Origin: the human T2T-CHM13v2.0 reference genome, Homo sapiens
Assembly: GCF_009914755.1 (NCBI RefSeq)
Contig: NC_060944.1
Strand: one strand, 5' to 3'
DNA: 64,000 bases
This document shows, piece by piece, positions 46,672-61,322 of this stretch; the first letter of the stretch is position 1; each line of letters opens with the position of its first letter. The notes under the pieces were generated by a model, which saw nothing but the letters and a program-made list of their open reading frames with translations, made no database searches and was not told the DNA's origin. Position numbers and translations under genes: made by a program.

Positions 46672-47165
46672 ATGTTGGTTACCTATTTCTGGTCACCAAA
46701 TTACCCCAGAATTTAGCAGCTTATATTGACTCACAATTTTTATGGCTTAGACATACAGGCATAGCTTAGCTGAGAGCCCCTTGCTCAGGGTCTCTCACAA
46801 GCCTTCAACCGGAATGTCAGCCAGGGCAGCATTGTTCTTAACGCTCAGTCGCGGGGAGGATCTATTTCTAAGTTCACTCTTGGGTGCTCCCCAGCTGTTG
46901 GCTGGAGACATCTGTTTCTCAACAAGTGGTCCTCTCCATAAGGCAACTCACAACATGCGGCTGGCTTTCCTCAGAGCAAGCAAGAGAGGGTGCCCAAGAT
47001 GGAAGCCACAGTCTTTTTGAAATCTAATCCCAAAGTGATATCCCATAATCATCTCTGTCACATTCTATTTGCTAGAAGCAAAACACTCAAGAGGAGCAGA
47101 TTATATAAGGGTGTGAAAACCAGGAGGCAGGGATCAGTGGGGGCCACTTAGAAGCTGTCTTCCAA
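46672..47165 (-). mobile_element. MLT1F/G-like LTR
   Basis: aaattaccccagaatttagcagctta...caagatggaagccacagtcttt...gggccacttagaag. Confidence 0.75.
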
Positions 47166-48127
47166 GCTCCCTTTTTCATTTTACTTTGGTCATAAAACTT
47201 TGGGTTCTCGATTGATTGATTTTTTCCTGCTTTTCCTACGGCTCTAAGTGCCTTAAGCAATTGGTTTCTCATATTATGTTTCCTTTTGGGTTGGACATGT
47301 GCCTTTTTGCATTGTGCTTTTGGTAGAATCACAGTGAAAGCCATGCCATTTAATTTAATCGTGGTCTTATGCGGCTCTTTCATGCATTCTATTTGTTTTG
47401 ATATCATGTGAGTGACTTTATAGTCTTCCCTCTTTATCTGAGGCCAGTTTGATTTTTCTTCAAGCTAAGTTTGAGGACTGGGTATTTTTGGCTTGATCAC
47501 TTTCCTGAGCCTGTAAAGAATGGTCCCTGGAGGAAGCAAGCACAGTTGAGGTGAGGTGGTTATACACTAGATGCCTGGATCCTACTCTCTTCTGAGGTTG
47601 TACTAGAGGTACTGTGTCAGGGTTTACTCCTTGTTGGGGAGAGTGGGGTAGGGTGAGATCCTCTGCCATGGGAACATCCTCCCTGTTGTTAACTCTGCCT
47701 CCCAAATAGCCATTCCCTATACTTCATAGAAGGAAAGCGTATTTGCAGAAGTGGGCAAATGGGCTAAGAGACCTTTTAGAAGTGTTCTAAAACTAGATTA
47801 TGGTGACAATTGCACAACTGTATAAATTTACTAAAACTCATCAGACTGGAAACTTAAAACAGGTGAATTTTACGACATAAAATTGTACCTTAATAAACCT
47901 ATTTTTAGAAGCCATATCTGTTTAGTGTGCATTTTTCCCGAGTTAGAGGCATTAATAAGAATTTTCAGAATGGTGATGATGCACCAGTCCCAGCCATTCA
48001 CTGTTCATGTTTATTCATTTATTAGAGCATACACTGTTCATGTTTATTCATTTATTATCTATAGTGATACGTTATCTATGTATTATCTATATATCACCAC
48101 AGATAAAATTAACAACAGAAAGATAAG

Positions 48128-48436
48128 TTTTTTGTTTGTTCGTTTGTTTGTTTTGAGACAGTCTCGCTCTGTTGCCCAGGCTAGAGTAAAGTGACGTGAT
48201 CTCAGCTAACTGCAACCCCAGCCCCCTGGGTTCAAACAATTCTCGTGCCTCAGCCTCATGAGTAGGTGGGATTACAGGAGAGTGCCACCATGCCTGACTA
48301 GTTCTTTAGTATTTTTAGTAGATGCGGGGTTTCACTATGTTGGCCATGCTGGTTTTGAACGCCTGGCCTCAAGTAATCCACCCACCTAGGCCTCCCAAAG
48401 TGCTGGGATTACATGCATGAGCCACTGCGCTTGTCC
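48128..48436 (-). mobile_element. Alu (old S/J)
   Basis: TSD agaaagataagtttt / agaaaggtaattttg. Confidence 0.9.
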
Positions 48437-48725
48437 AAGAAAGGTAATTTTGTAATTAGTATGGGATGAGTTAGTTTGTTCTCTTTAGTTTTACTAGCAA
48501 ACAAAATGATTATCAAGAAAGTTCTATAGTATTGATTGGGTAATACATAAATGAAGAATTCCTCATGAATGTTGCAAAAATGCAAATTAATTTTAATTAC
48601 ATATTACAATTTAATTTTAAATTTTTAAATGTTTAATTACATATTAAAATCCTGACTATAAAAAAACTAGTAGCAAAAAGGAAACCATTTTAAGATAATG
48701 CTTTCCCAAAAGGAGTCTATGATAA

Positions 48726-49245
48726 TGATGGAGTTCAGGCCATGCGACCCCAAAGTATGGCACATGTGAAAACAGCAGAAGCATTAGTTCATTTTCCCCT
48801 CCCCCCACCCTTCTCTTCTAAAGGAGGTCATAAAACCTAGGAAGGAGTTTCTGACCTTCCTCTGAAGCAAATCGTAAGACCTTATTTGAGAAGTGCCCTC
48901 TCTATACCCAGAGGAAAGGAACATCCTTATCTCTGAATACAAAGGGTCACAGAGAAAAGTCTGAACAAACATACTTTGCTATGTTTCCTCCAGTTTATTA
49001 CCATTAGATCATACTTTTAAATCTAATCTTACTTATCCACAACTATCCACTTATTCATCAAACCTAGCATAAAAATATACACATTTACTCCTATATTCAG
49101 ATCTTCATTTCCTTAGGAAGGCTCCCATGTCACACTTATATTAAGTAAATTTATGTGCTTTTCTCTCGTTAATTTGTCTTTTGTTTTAGGGGCCTCAGTC
49201 ATGAACCTAAGATAAGTAAGGGAAAGATATTTTTCCTCCCCTACA
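48726..49245 (+). mobile_element. MER39-like ERV1 solo LTR
   Basis: tgatggagttcaggccatgcgaccccaaagtatggcac...ttcctcccctaca; TSD ataa/atga. Confidence 0.78.
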
Positions 49246-50259
49246 ATGAGATAGCCTTTTATTTATTCATTCTGATAGCAAAATATAGCATCTAGTAGAG
49301 TCAGATCTTGATGGTCTTTAGGTTATAGATAGATACATTGTCAGTGAAGGAATTAGTGTATAGTGTCACTGAAGAAATAGCCTTCACTTCCTCCTTTAGC
49401 TAGGAGTTTCATTCACTTATCTAAGAAGTATCTTGAGGGGAGCTCATTGCTTTGGTATCTATTAGTAGTATGCCAAAAAGAAATATGGCCAGCTTCTCAA
49501 TGGTCAGCTTTTTAGTAAATAGATGGGTGAAGACTTCTCTCTGCTTGTCACTGTGTGAGGCACACAGTGATACCAAAATTGTGAGGTCATTGAGGGAAAG
49601 GCTATGTCTGATGAATTCGTTTCACATCTCCAGTTTTTAATATAGGTGCTCCATAAATATTTAATGCCTAAGTGAATGAAAGAATAAGTAAGACATAGTC
49701 CTCACCCTTAAGAAAAGATATGCTTTTATTATCCTCAAGAAAAGTATATGCTAGTTAGACAACTAAGTCATACACATATGAAAAAGATAGCTAGTAACAC
49801 AGGGCCTCATATAATCCCAAGTATTCAAATTGTCCATATAGTGCCTGAAGAAGATGACAGTGGCTTGGACTGCTCAGAAAAGCCTGTGGAGTTGGTGGTA
49901 CCCATGTGGGTACACCTGAATTCCTGACAAAGAACAGAGAATGCACACAGGGAGAGTGCACTCAGAAATGAAGGTAGAAATGAAGATGGCTTGAATGGGG
50001 GACCTCGAAGAGACAGGGCTCACTGAAGCCAAGGGGAGACCTGGGAAACAGAGTTGGATGGAAAGAGTGACTGAAGATTGTAGAGGGGCTTTAAAGCCCA
50101 ACATACGAGATTAGCCTTATATTTTTAGGCATTAGGGAATCAATGGGTTCTTGAGTCAAGAAATGATTACATTAAAATTTACAAGCTTGTTGGGGTTATT
50201 GATTGACCACATGGATAATTGGGCTGTTTTTTGTATCTCTTATGTGCAAGATGCTTATA

Positions 50260-51112
50260 CAGTTGACCCTTGAATAACATGGGGGTTAGGGCTACTGACT
50301 CTCTCTATGCAGTTGAAAATCCACATACAACTTTTGGTTGGGCATGGTGGTTCATGCCTGTAAACCCAGCACTTTGGGAGGCTGAGGCTGGCAGATCATT
50401 TGAGGCCAGGAGTTCAAGACCAGCTGGCCAACACGGTGAAACCCTTTCTCTACTACACTGTCTCTACTAAAAAAACAAAACATTAGCCGGGCATGGTAGT
50501 GCACACCTGTAATCCCAGCTACTCAGAAGACTGAGGCAGGAGAATCGCTTGAACCCAGGAGGTGGAGTTTGCATTGAGCCCGAGATCGCACCACTACACT
50601 TCATTCAGCCTGGGTGACAAAGGAGACTCTGTCAAAAAAAAAAAAAAATCACTGATAACTTTTGACTCCCCCAAAACTTAACTACTAATAGCCTAGTGTT
50701 GACCAGGAGCCTTACTGATAACATAAATAGTCCATTAACACATATTTTTATGTTATATGTACTATATACTGTATGCTTATTATATAGTAAACTAGAGAAC
50801 ATATACTGTATGCTTATTATTTAGTAAACTAGAGAAAAAAGGTTAAGAAGATCATAAGGAAGAGATAATATAGTTACTGTTTGTTAAATGGAAGTAGATC
50901 GTCATAAAGATCTTCATCCTTGTTATCTTCATATTGAGTCGGTGGAAGAAGAGGAGGGGTTGGTCTTGCTGTCTCAGGGGTGGTGGAGGCAGAAGAAGTG
51001 GAGGAGGTAGGATAGGCAGGAGAGGCAGGCACCCTCGGTATAACATTATTGGAAAAATCTAGGTACAAATGGACCCATGCATTTCAAACTCATGTTGTTC
51101 AAGGGTTAACTG
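50260..51112. mobile_element. Tigger2a-like MITE interrupted by an Alu
   Basis: TIRs cagttgacccttgaataacatg / catgttgttcaagggttaactg with TA TSD. Confidence 0.9.
50337..50648 (+). mobile_element. AluS
   Basis: Dimeric, with an internal tctctacta duplication. Confidence 0.92.
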
Positions 51113-53127
51113 TATATTCAAGAGGGTTTGTTTATTTAGTTCTTAGTTTTCTTTTTGTTTGGCATCTTAACTAAAATAATTATCAACTCCTTGCTTAAAT
51201 TTTTTTTTTTTTTTTTTTACTAGGTAGGCATCCTAACACAGTCTTGCAAAAAATTGTTTTATTTGAAACATTCAGGCTGAAATTAATTGAGGGCATGTTA
51301 TATGCAGGACATCACATAACATGTTGTGAAGGAGTTCAGAGATGAAGACATTACCATGCACAGAGTGGTTAGACTATTAGAACGGTAGTGATGAAATGCT
51401 GCTGGAGTTGACAGGAAGAGAAGGAGCTCTTTGTACCTGAAGAATCAAGAACTGAAAGAGATGGAACTGGTGTGCCAGGCTCTTTCCTATATACTTTCCT
51501 TAAACCCTCACAACACCCTGGTAAAATTTTTAATTCCTACATACATACAGAGGAGAAATGAGGTTTAGGGGGCTAAATACGCATGTGAACATGCGTATTT
51601 AAATCATAGGTTGGGACAAATTTGCAAATAGAGGAAATATAGACAGGAAAGGCCATCAGTTCATATAAAATAGCTTGTTATTGTTTATATCTTCTCTGGG
51701 ATAAATGATCATGCAGAGTATATAGCCAGGATAGCCCAATGTCCCTGTTTACAAAATTTTAAATTCTAAGATAGTTAATAGCCCTTCAAATATTACTTGA
51801 AATCAACTTACATTAAACGTTCAACCCTAGCAAAGATTTCTTAGAACATTTAAAAATTGTTCTTTTGAAAGGATTCTAGCCTGAAAGAAAATTCTGTTAG
51901 AAGAAAGTAATGCCTGAATCTCTACATTCAAACTTGCTCTGTTTTTTTTTTTGAATAATCTCTTGAGGGTACAGTTAAGTGTTGATTGTTCATTTGATCA
52001 ATTGATTCTGATTCACTTCAGTTTTTTGGGCGTTCACATCTCACTCAGTAAACAGAGGTTTGGATTAGAGCCGCCTGCACGCTTTTCTAACTCTGAATGC
52101 CTCTGTTCTCTGTAGAAAACTATTCCTTAAAGCAGTAGCTCTTTAAGAGTTAAAAACAAAAACAACAACAACAAAATCAACATCCAGTCTAGTCCTGCTC
52201 AGCTCTTATTTATTCACTTTTGGAACTGTGATACTTGTTAGATCTTGTGCAGTAAAACATAACTCCCAGTTTTCCAAGGCCAGCTGTAGATCAGGATTCT
52301 AAAGGCCTTAATGGAAAAGGGTGGGTCATGTGTTTGTCAAGAGGCCACTTAGAGAAATCATTTCCATGTAATTTTTAATACAGTTCTTTGGATAGACTTT
52401 TTATGACTCAGTATTACAGATGTCATTAATTTGTAATGGAAAATAGTGAGACAATATGACAATTATCTTCAGACTCAGGCATACTTAGGCAGCAGGGTGA
52501 GTGATGATTGAACTGTTCTAACAGTTAGGTTGCTGCAAAGTGCCACTGCCGGGATGAAGCTCTCAGCCGAAGCACTGATGTTGCAACCCAGCCATGGACC
52601 TGGGTGTCTTGATTAGTCAGCCACTTGATATGTAACTTGGGCAGCAGAAGGAGACTGAGACCTGTTGGGAATCTGAGGGCCTTGAGGTTTCTTCTCGCAC
52701 ACATGTTTCTTTTCCAGGCATGCTGAGATGCTCGAGAGGGCGGTCTTGGGCAAAATGGGAGAGTAGATTTAAGTTGTTTTTCTTCCAGTCATATTTCTTG
52801 CATGTTCGCTGAACAGTAGGTATTTTAGACATGAGGGCAGGCATATTGCAGAAATATTTCAGGCATTTTTGTGAGGGAGGAAGTTAGGATACATTGGTGA
52901 ACATTAGTGACCAAATGGAATGATGATTTCCTTTTCCTGGCATTTGAATGTTTCATTGTCCTTTGTGAGATATCAGTTTTTTGTGGGCGGAAGTCATTTC
53001 TGACTTTGTAAGTAGGACCTATCAGCTGTGGTAGCAGAGAAATCTTATGAATAAGAAAGGCCACTGTCATGCATTGGGAGACCTGGGTTCTCTCCCCAGG
53101 TCCCAACAGAGTTCTGCTCATAGTCCT

Positions 53128-53569
53128 TATTATGGGTTGAAATATCCCTTCCCAAAAATGTATGTTGACATTCTAACCCTTCAGGACCTCAGAATGTGAC
53201 CTTATTTGGAAACAGAGTCTGTAAAGAGGTAAATGAGGTCACTAGGGTGAACCCTAAACCAATATGACTGATGTTCCTATAGAAAGGGGACATTTGGACA
53301 CAGAGACAGCACACACAGAGGGAAGATGATGTGAAGACACAAGGATAATGCCATCAACAAGCCAAGGAACACCTGAGGCTACCAGGAGCTAGGAGAAGAG
53401 GCATGGAACAAATTTTCCCTCATATCCATACTCAGAAGGAACCAACCCTGCTGACACCTTAATTTCAGCTTCTGGCCTCTAGAACTGTGAGAGAGTACAT
53501 TTCTCTTGGTTTAAGCCAAGAGAATCTGTCTTTTGGTACTTTATATCATAGCCTCAGGAAGCAAATACA
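53128..53569 (+). mobile_element. MLT1B/C solo LTR inserted in a MIR
   Basis: acctcagaatgtgaccttatttggaaa...gcaaataca; TSD gtcct/gccct. Confidence 0.88.
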
Positions 53570-56500
53570 GCCCTGATTCCTTCAAAGTTGTAAAATGCTG
53601 AGCAAGCCTCTCAGTCTCCTCGTCTTCTGCTTCCTTATTTGTAAAATAACAGTATTGGGGTAGATGATGTCAGGACCTTCCTGCTCTGACATCTGATGAT
53701 TAACACTTCAAAGAGTGCATTTCATTTCCAGAGAAGTAATTGTTATATTTCTTAATATAGCTAAAATAAGCAAAGAATATGTTTTTTTCAGTTCCCAATT
53801 TTTTTTCTTTTCATTCAAGAGTCATTGGTGATAGACACTTCCCTTGAGCTGAAATATTGGGCAAGGCTGTCCATTTCAAGTTGACACACTGAACAAATGA
53901 CAGCATGTCTAGTCTGTACATGATTATAATATATAACCAAAGAACATACCACTTAAAAGCATATAGCTGTTTTCTGCTGGTTTGGGGTTAGCATAGTTTG
54001 GATGTCATTTCATGAATTTTCCTTCCCTAGATTTGTAGAATGATTTCTTTTAGACGTCCACAGGCTTGTTCTAGTTTTCACAAGGGAACCTGCCCATAGA
54101 AACAAGCCACTCAGGTATTTGCTAGATGCCTTACCTCCATAAACAGTAGTGCAGCAGCAGCCTGGAATCGTGAAGTGTAGTTCATGCCAAACGTTCACAT
54201 AAGTCGAGGAGTTCTGTATGGGGTCATTCTTCTTACTTGACTTGTCATTAGGTTATAGTTCGGTCCACTAATGTAGACAAATCAAGACATTGTACTTGGT
54301 GCTGTCCCAGAGGAAAGCAGTGAGGAAACCACCACCCCCCTCTTCACCAGTTATCTTTCCCTACAAAATGGGCAGCTGAAACCCACAAGATACATTTTAA
54401 ATAATACCACCTAAGGCCTTCTCTTTAGATTTTATTTTTCTCTTGCTTTTCCTTTAGTTCCTAAGTTATAGTGGATAATTTTTTTTAATGGGCCTTAAAC
54501 TTGCCATTTGACTCAAAGTATAGAGAGGAAATCTTTAAAACAAGATGTATGAAATGTTTGATACCATTTGCCCTTCTGTCTAAGGCTCTCTTCCTAATTT
54601 CCCCAGAACCCTTTTATACCTTCTTGCTCTGTAAAAATATTCCCTCTCCTCAACGTGCTAGCACAAGAGTAAGGGGTCAGGTTAGGCTTAGGGATAGAAT
54701 TTAGAAGGGGAGTGGGATTACCCATGGTGACATGTGTCTGGATGGGCCTCAATGGCTTCTATTTCCTTTGTACTCCTCAGTGAGAGGGAAAGGGAAATGG
54801 TTAACATGAGGACAGTTTCTCTGAATTCAGCTAAGTTAAGATAGTGGTATTATTCACACATTTAATGAAGCTTACTTGGTTCTTTAAGAATTACCGAGTT
54901 ATCTTCTGAAGGTGTTTTAACACATGCAAATGTTTAAATCTGGTCTCTGATTTAAATTTTCTTCTGCACTTAACTCTACCCCACCCATACATCTTTCATA
55001 GGTAAAAACAGGGAAGGGCCAAAAAAGTTCTTAGTGTTAATATCTAATTCTAAGGAGGCCATGATGAATCACCTGTATGGATTATGAATGACACACCTTG
55101 GAAAAACTCTATCACCATGAAAGGCCTTAAAAAAGAATCCCTATCATGCAAACCTAAAGAACATGTTTCAAAAGGAGATATTTTTAGTATTTAAAGTAGT
55201 GGAAATTTCTTTTTTTTTTAGACTAAAACTAACTTTGGATAAGTCCATGTATAAAATTCTTTATGAGTATTTATAATATCATTTTGTTTATGAATAAAAT
55301 ATAATAATTAAAATATTCCATTTCCGGGTCTGTCCCAGAATCCTCCTTCATGCTGGTTCTGTCTCCTCAGTGGCTTAGAGCAGTGGTAACAAAGATGTTC
55401 AGCTTAATTTGGGTCCGTGTGTCTTCCTGTAACATCTTTCTATAGTGTGAAATGTGGGTTAAAAATAAGTCATCCCCTCCCACCCCCTGCTTTAGATTAA
55501 GATTCACAGTCTCATAGAACCTTCTGACCTCACATTGAGACTGGTCACTCAGTTAGTTTGTGAATTTTCCTGACTCTACTTCCTGCTCTTTTTTTGGGTA
55601 ACCTATTGTTTTGGCATTTTATTTCTTTGTGCCTTTTCCAGAGGATCCAGAAAGAATGGAGAGACTTGAAACCCAACCCATCTGTGTTGCTGTTAGTTAA
55701 TAGAGGTTGAAAAGATTTGGTAGGTCTGCAGTTTGAAATTATTGGCCATATAGTGACTTACAGTGTTTTTTTCACCATTGTTTTGTGGTTTATTTGAGAG
55801 TCTCTGTCCATTCTCCTTCTCCCTGTGAACATGGCTTCTGGTGGTGAGAGCCAGTTTGCATTCATTCTTTGATGTGAATGCTCTGATTCAGTAGCTCTCA
55901 ACTTGTTTTCTGCTACAACACAGATGGCTTTCACATGCCTCACACCCTCACAGGGGGGTATCCAGGGTTATGCAAAATTGAAGCAAGCTACTTGTAATTC
56001 CACCCCTCTCTTCCCCATTCAGGATAGTCCAGGAGAAAGCAAACAAGAGAGTGGTTTTGTCACGTTGCTGTCAGTAGGCTCCACTTTAAAAAAAACACAG
56101 GTTGTTACACACTTTGGTACTTGCCTCTTGTCTTGCTTTGTCACTTGCAGATGTAATTCTTTAAAATAATTTGTGTTTTAAATACTTAATAAAATGGCTA
56201 ATCGCATAAGGAACACCCTTGTACTTATTTCGCAGTTTAAACATTTCATCACATTTTGCCAAACATAATACCCATCAACTCTTCTTAAAGGAAATGAAGA
56301 AATTAATGCCTTTATATTTTCTCCTATTTCTCCCTCAACTCCCCTGTTTTTTTCTCATATTCTTACTTTGTGCAGCCAAGTAATCATATTCATGATTCTC
56401 AGCTCTAACGTTCTTCAGAGCTTTCGGACCTTGCTCCTTTGTCTTCTCCATGAACCAGTGTGGAGAAGCATTAAAGTCATCTCAGGTTTCCCCCATTTCA

Positions 56501-56619
56501 ACTCAATTTTGCTGTCTGCACAACTAGAGAATGTTCAAGTTCCAGAACCTAACCATCTTTTTAGCAATTATGCTTATCACTTTTCCCCAAAGCATGGTGC
56601 ATCTTTTACATCTGAAGAT

Positions 56620-59320
<2,701 letters not shown>

Positions 59321-59853
59321 GGGCGGAGGATGGAAATAAAGCTTTTTGATTATTTAAGATTATTATTATTTATATTACTGTTATAATATCATTATTATAT
59401 TTATATTATTATAAGTTTCTTTAATGCTTATTGGTTTGTATACAATATAATGCTTTTGAGTCTGTTATTAATATTTTTCTAGAAAAAGTTATTTCATCTG
59501 TTTTTAGATATATTGACATAGAATTGAGTTATAGTTTTCTCTTTTAATTAAATAAAACTCTGTATTTAACATTATCCTCCTTTTTATCCAATATTGTTTA
59601 TTTGTGCTAGACGTTTGCCTGCTTAGTTTTTCTGGTGAGCCAGAATTTGGTTTTGTTAATATTTGCTGTTTTTCTTATTTTCTGCTTAATTTCTACTTTC
59701 TTCCTTTTACCCTCTTGCTTTTTCCCTTCTTCCTCCTATCTCCCCCTGGCCCTACTCCCACTTTGTCTTTCTGTCTCCTCCTCTTTCTTTAGTTTACTCT
59801 ATTTTAGGCTGAATTGATTTTGATTCCTTCTTCTGTCTTAGAAAGTACATATA

Positions 59854-60139
59854 ATAGAGTTTGTGGAGTGATGGAGAGATGGCCATCAAGGGGTACAAAG
59901 TTTCAGTTAGGAGAAATAAGTTCTTGATGTGTTGTACCTCATGGTGACTATAGTTATTAATAATGTATATTTCAAAATTGTGAAGACTAAATTTCAAATG
60001 TCTCACCACAAAAAAAGACAAGTGAGATGATAGATATGTTAATTAGCTTGTTTAATCATTCCACATTTTTCCCATTTATCAAAACATCACATTGTACTGA
60101 ATAAATACATACAATTTTTATTCATCGATTAAAAATAAT
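59854..60139 (+). mobile_element. L1MA 3' end
   Basis: gggtacaaagtttcagttagg...gatatgttaattagcttg; TSD gaaagtacatata / gaaaatacgtata. Confidence 0.8.
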
Positions 60140-60820
60140 GAAAATACGTATATGACTGTAAAATATATCTAAGAGTCACTTTAACTGCATGTTACAGGTT
60201 TTGAGATATAGTACTCTCAACATTATTAATTTCTAAGTATTTTGTGATTGTCATTGTCATTTTCTCCTTACTGTCTGATTTTTTTAAGATTGCATATTAA
60301 ATTTCTCAAATACCTTTTGAGAATATTTTCTATTGTCAGTTTCTAATTTAACTGCCCACATTATGGCTAGAGGATGTGGTCTGTGTGATAACCATTGTTG
60401 GAAATTTGTTGAGACTTCCTTTCTGATCTGGTACATGGTCGGGGTTTTGTAAATGTTTAAAGTATAATTAAAAAGAATTCGTAGTCCAGATTTATTAAAT
60501 GTAAGATTCTATTAAATAATCAGATAAGTTAATTTCACTATTTATTAATGTTTTTGCTTAAATATTTTGCCTGGTTTTTCAGCTTCTCACTATAGTAATA
60601 GATTCGTCACATTTTCCTTATATCTTGTCAGTTTTTGCTTTATGTATGTTGAAGCTGCACTGCTAAGTATAAACAAGTTCATGATTATTCTATCATCCTC
60701 ATAGATTTTTCTATGTATATTGTTAGGTATCCATCTTTAGTAATTCTGATGGTTTTCCTTTAAGATTCTGTTTTGTCTGCTATTAATATTTCAGTATTAA
60801 CATTTCTTCACCTGTTTTTC

Positions 60821-61060
60821 TTTTGGTTAAAATTTGTAAAACATTTACTTTTCAAGCCCTTTCTGTGCATTCTCTCTGATAAGTGGCAAATAGCTGGGTT
60901 TTTTTTTGTTGTTGTTATTATTTGGTTGATTTTTAATTTTGTTTCATTTTTGGTTAAATTTTTAAAGACATTTGCTTTTTCAGCCCTTTTTGTGCATCTT
61001 CTCTGGTAAGTAGCAAATAGCTGGGTTGTTTCTTGTTGTTGTTTGGTTGATTTTTTTTTT
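60821..61060. repeat. Diverged tandem duplication, period ~127 bp
   Basis: ttttggttaaa...gcaaatagctgggtt...tttggttgatttt occurs twice (60821, 60948). Confidence 0.85.
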
Positions 61061-61149
61061 CTGCACCTATTCATTGGTTCCATTTATTGCAAATATTAAT
61101 GTATTTGGACTTATTTCTACTACATTATATTTTTTGCTTGCCATTCTTT

Positions 61150-61322
61150 TTCTTTTTAAATTATTTTATTTTTGTAATTGATACACAGTGCTTATGCATG
61201 TGTCTGGGATACATGTGATATTTATTACGTGCATAGAATGTGTAATGATCAAGTCAGGGTATCCATCACCCGAGCATTGATCATTTCTACGTGTTGGCAA
61301 CATTTCAGGTCTCCTAGCTAGC
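61150..61322 (-). mobile_element. L1MA 3'-end fragment
   Basis: gcatagaatgtgtaatgatcaagtcagggta. Confidence 0.75.

Noticed and set aside
50852-51068. Proline/acidic-rich ORFs
   Set aside because: Internal sequence of the Tigger2a element.
52550-52580. ATGA...GA / CTGA as a SECIS or C/D snoRNA
   Set aside because: Intronic, with wrong spacing for SECIS and no RUGAUGA box C with terminal stem.
55642-55680. RIQKEWRDL resembling an E2 ubiquitin-conjugating enzyme N-terminus
   Set aside because: Similarity does not extend; too short to call a pseudogene.
59355-59415. AT-rich (TTA)n-like tract
   Set aside because: Ordinary low-complexity sequence.
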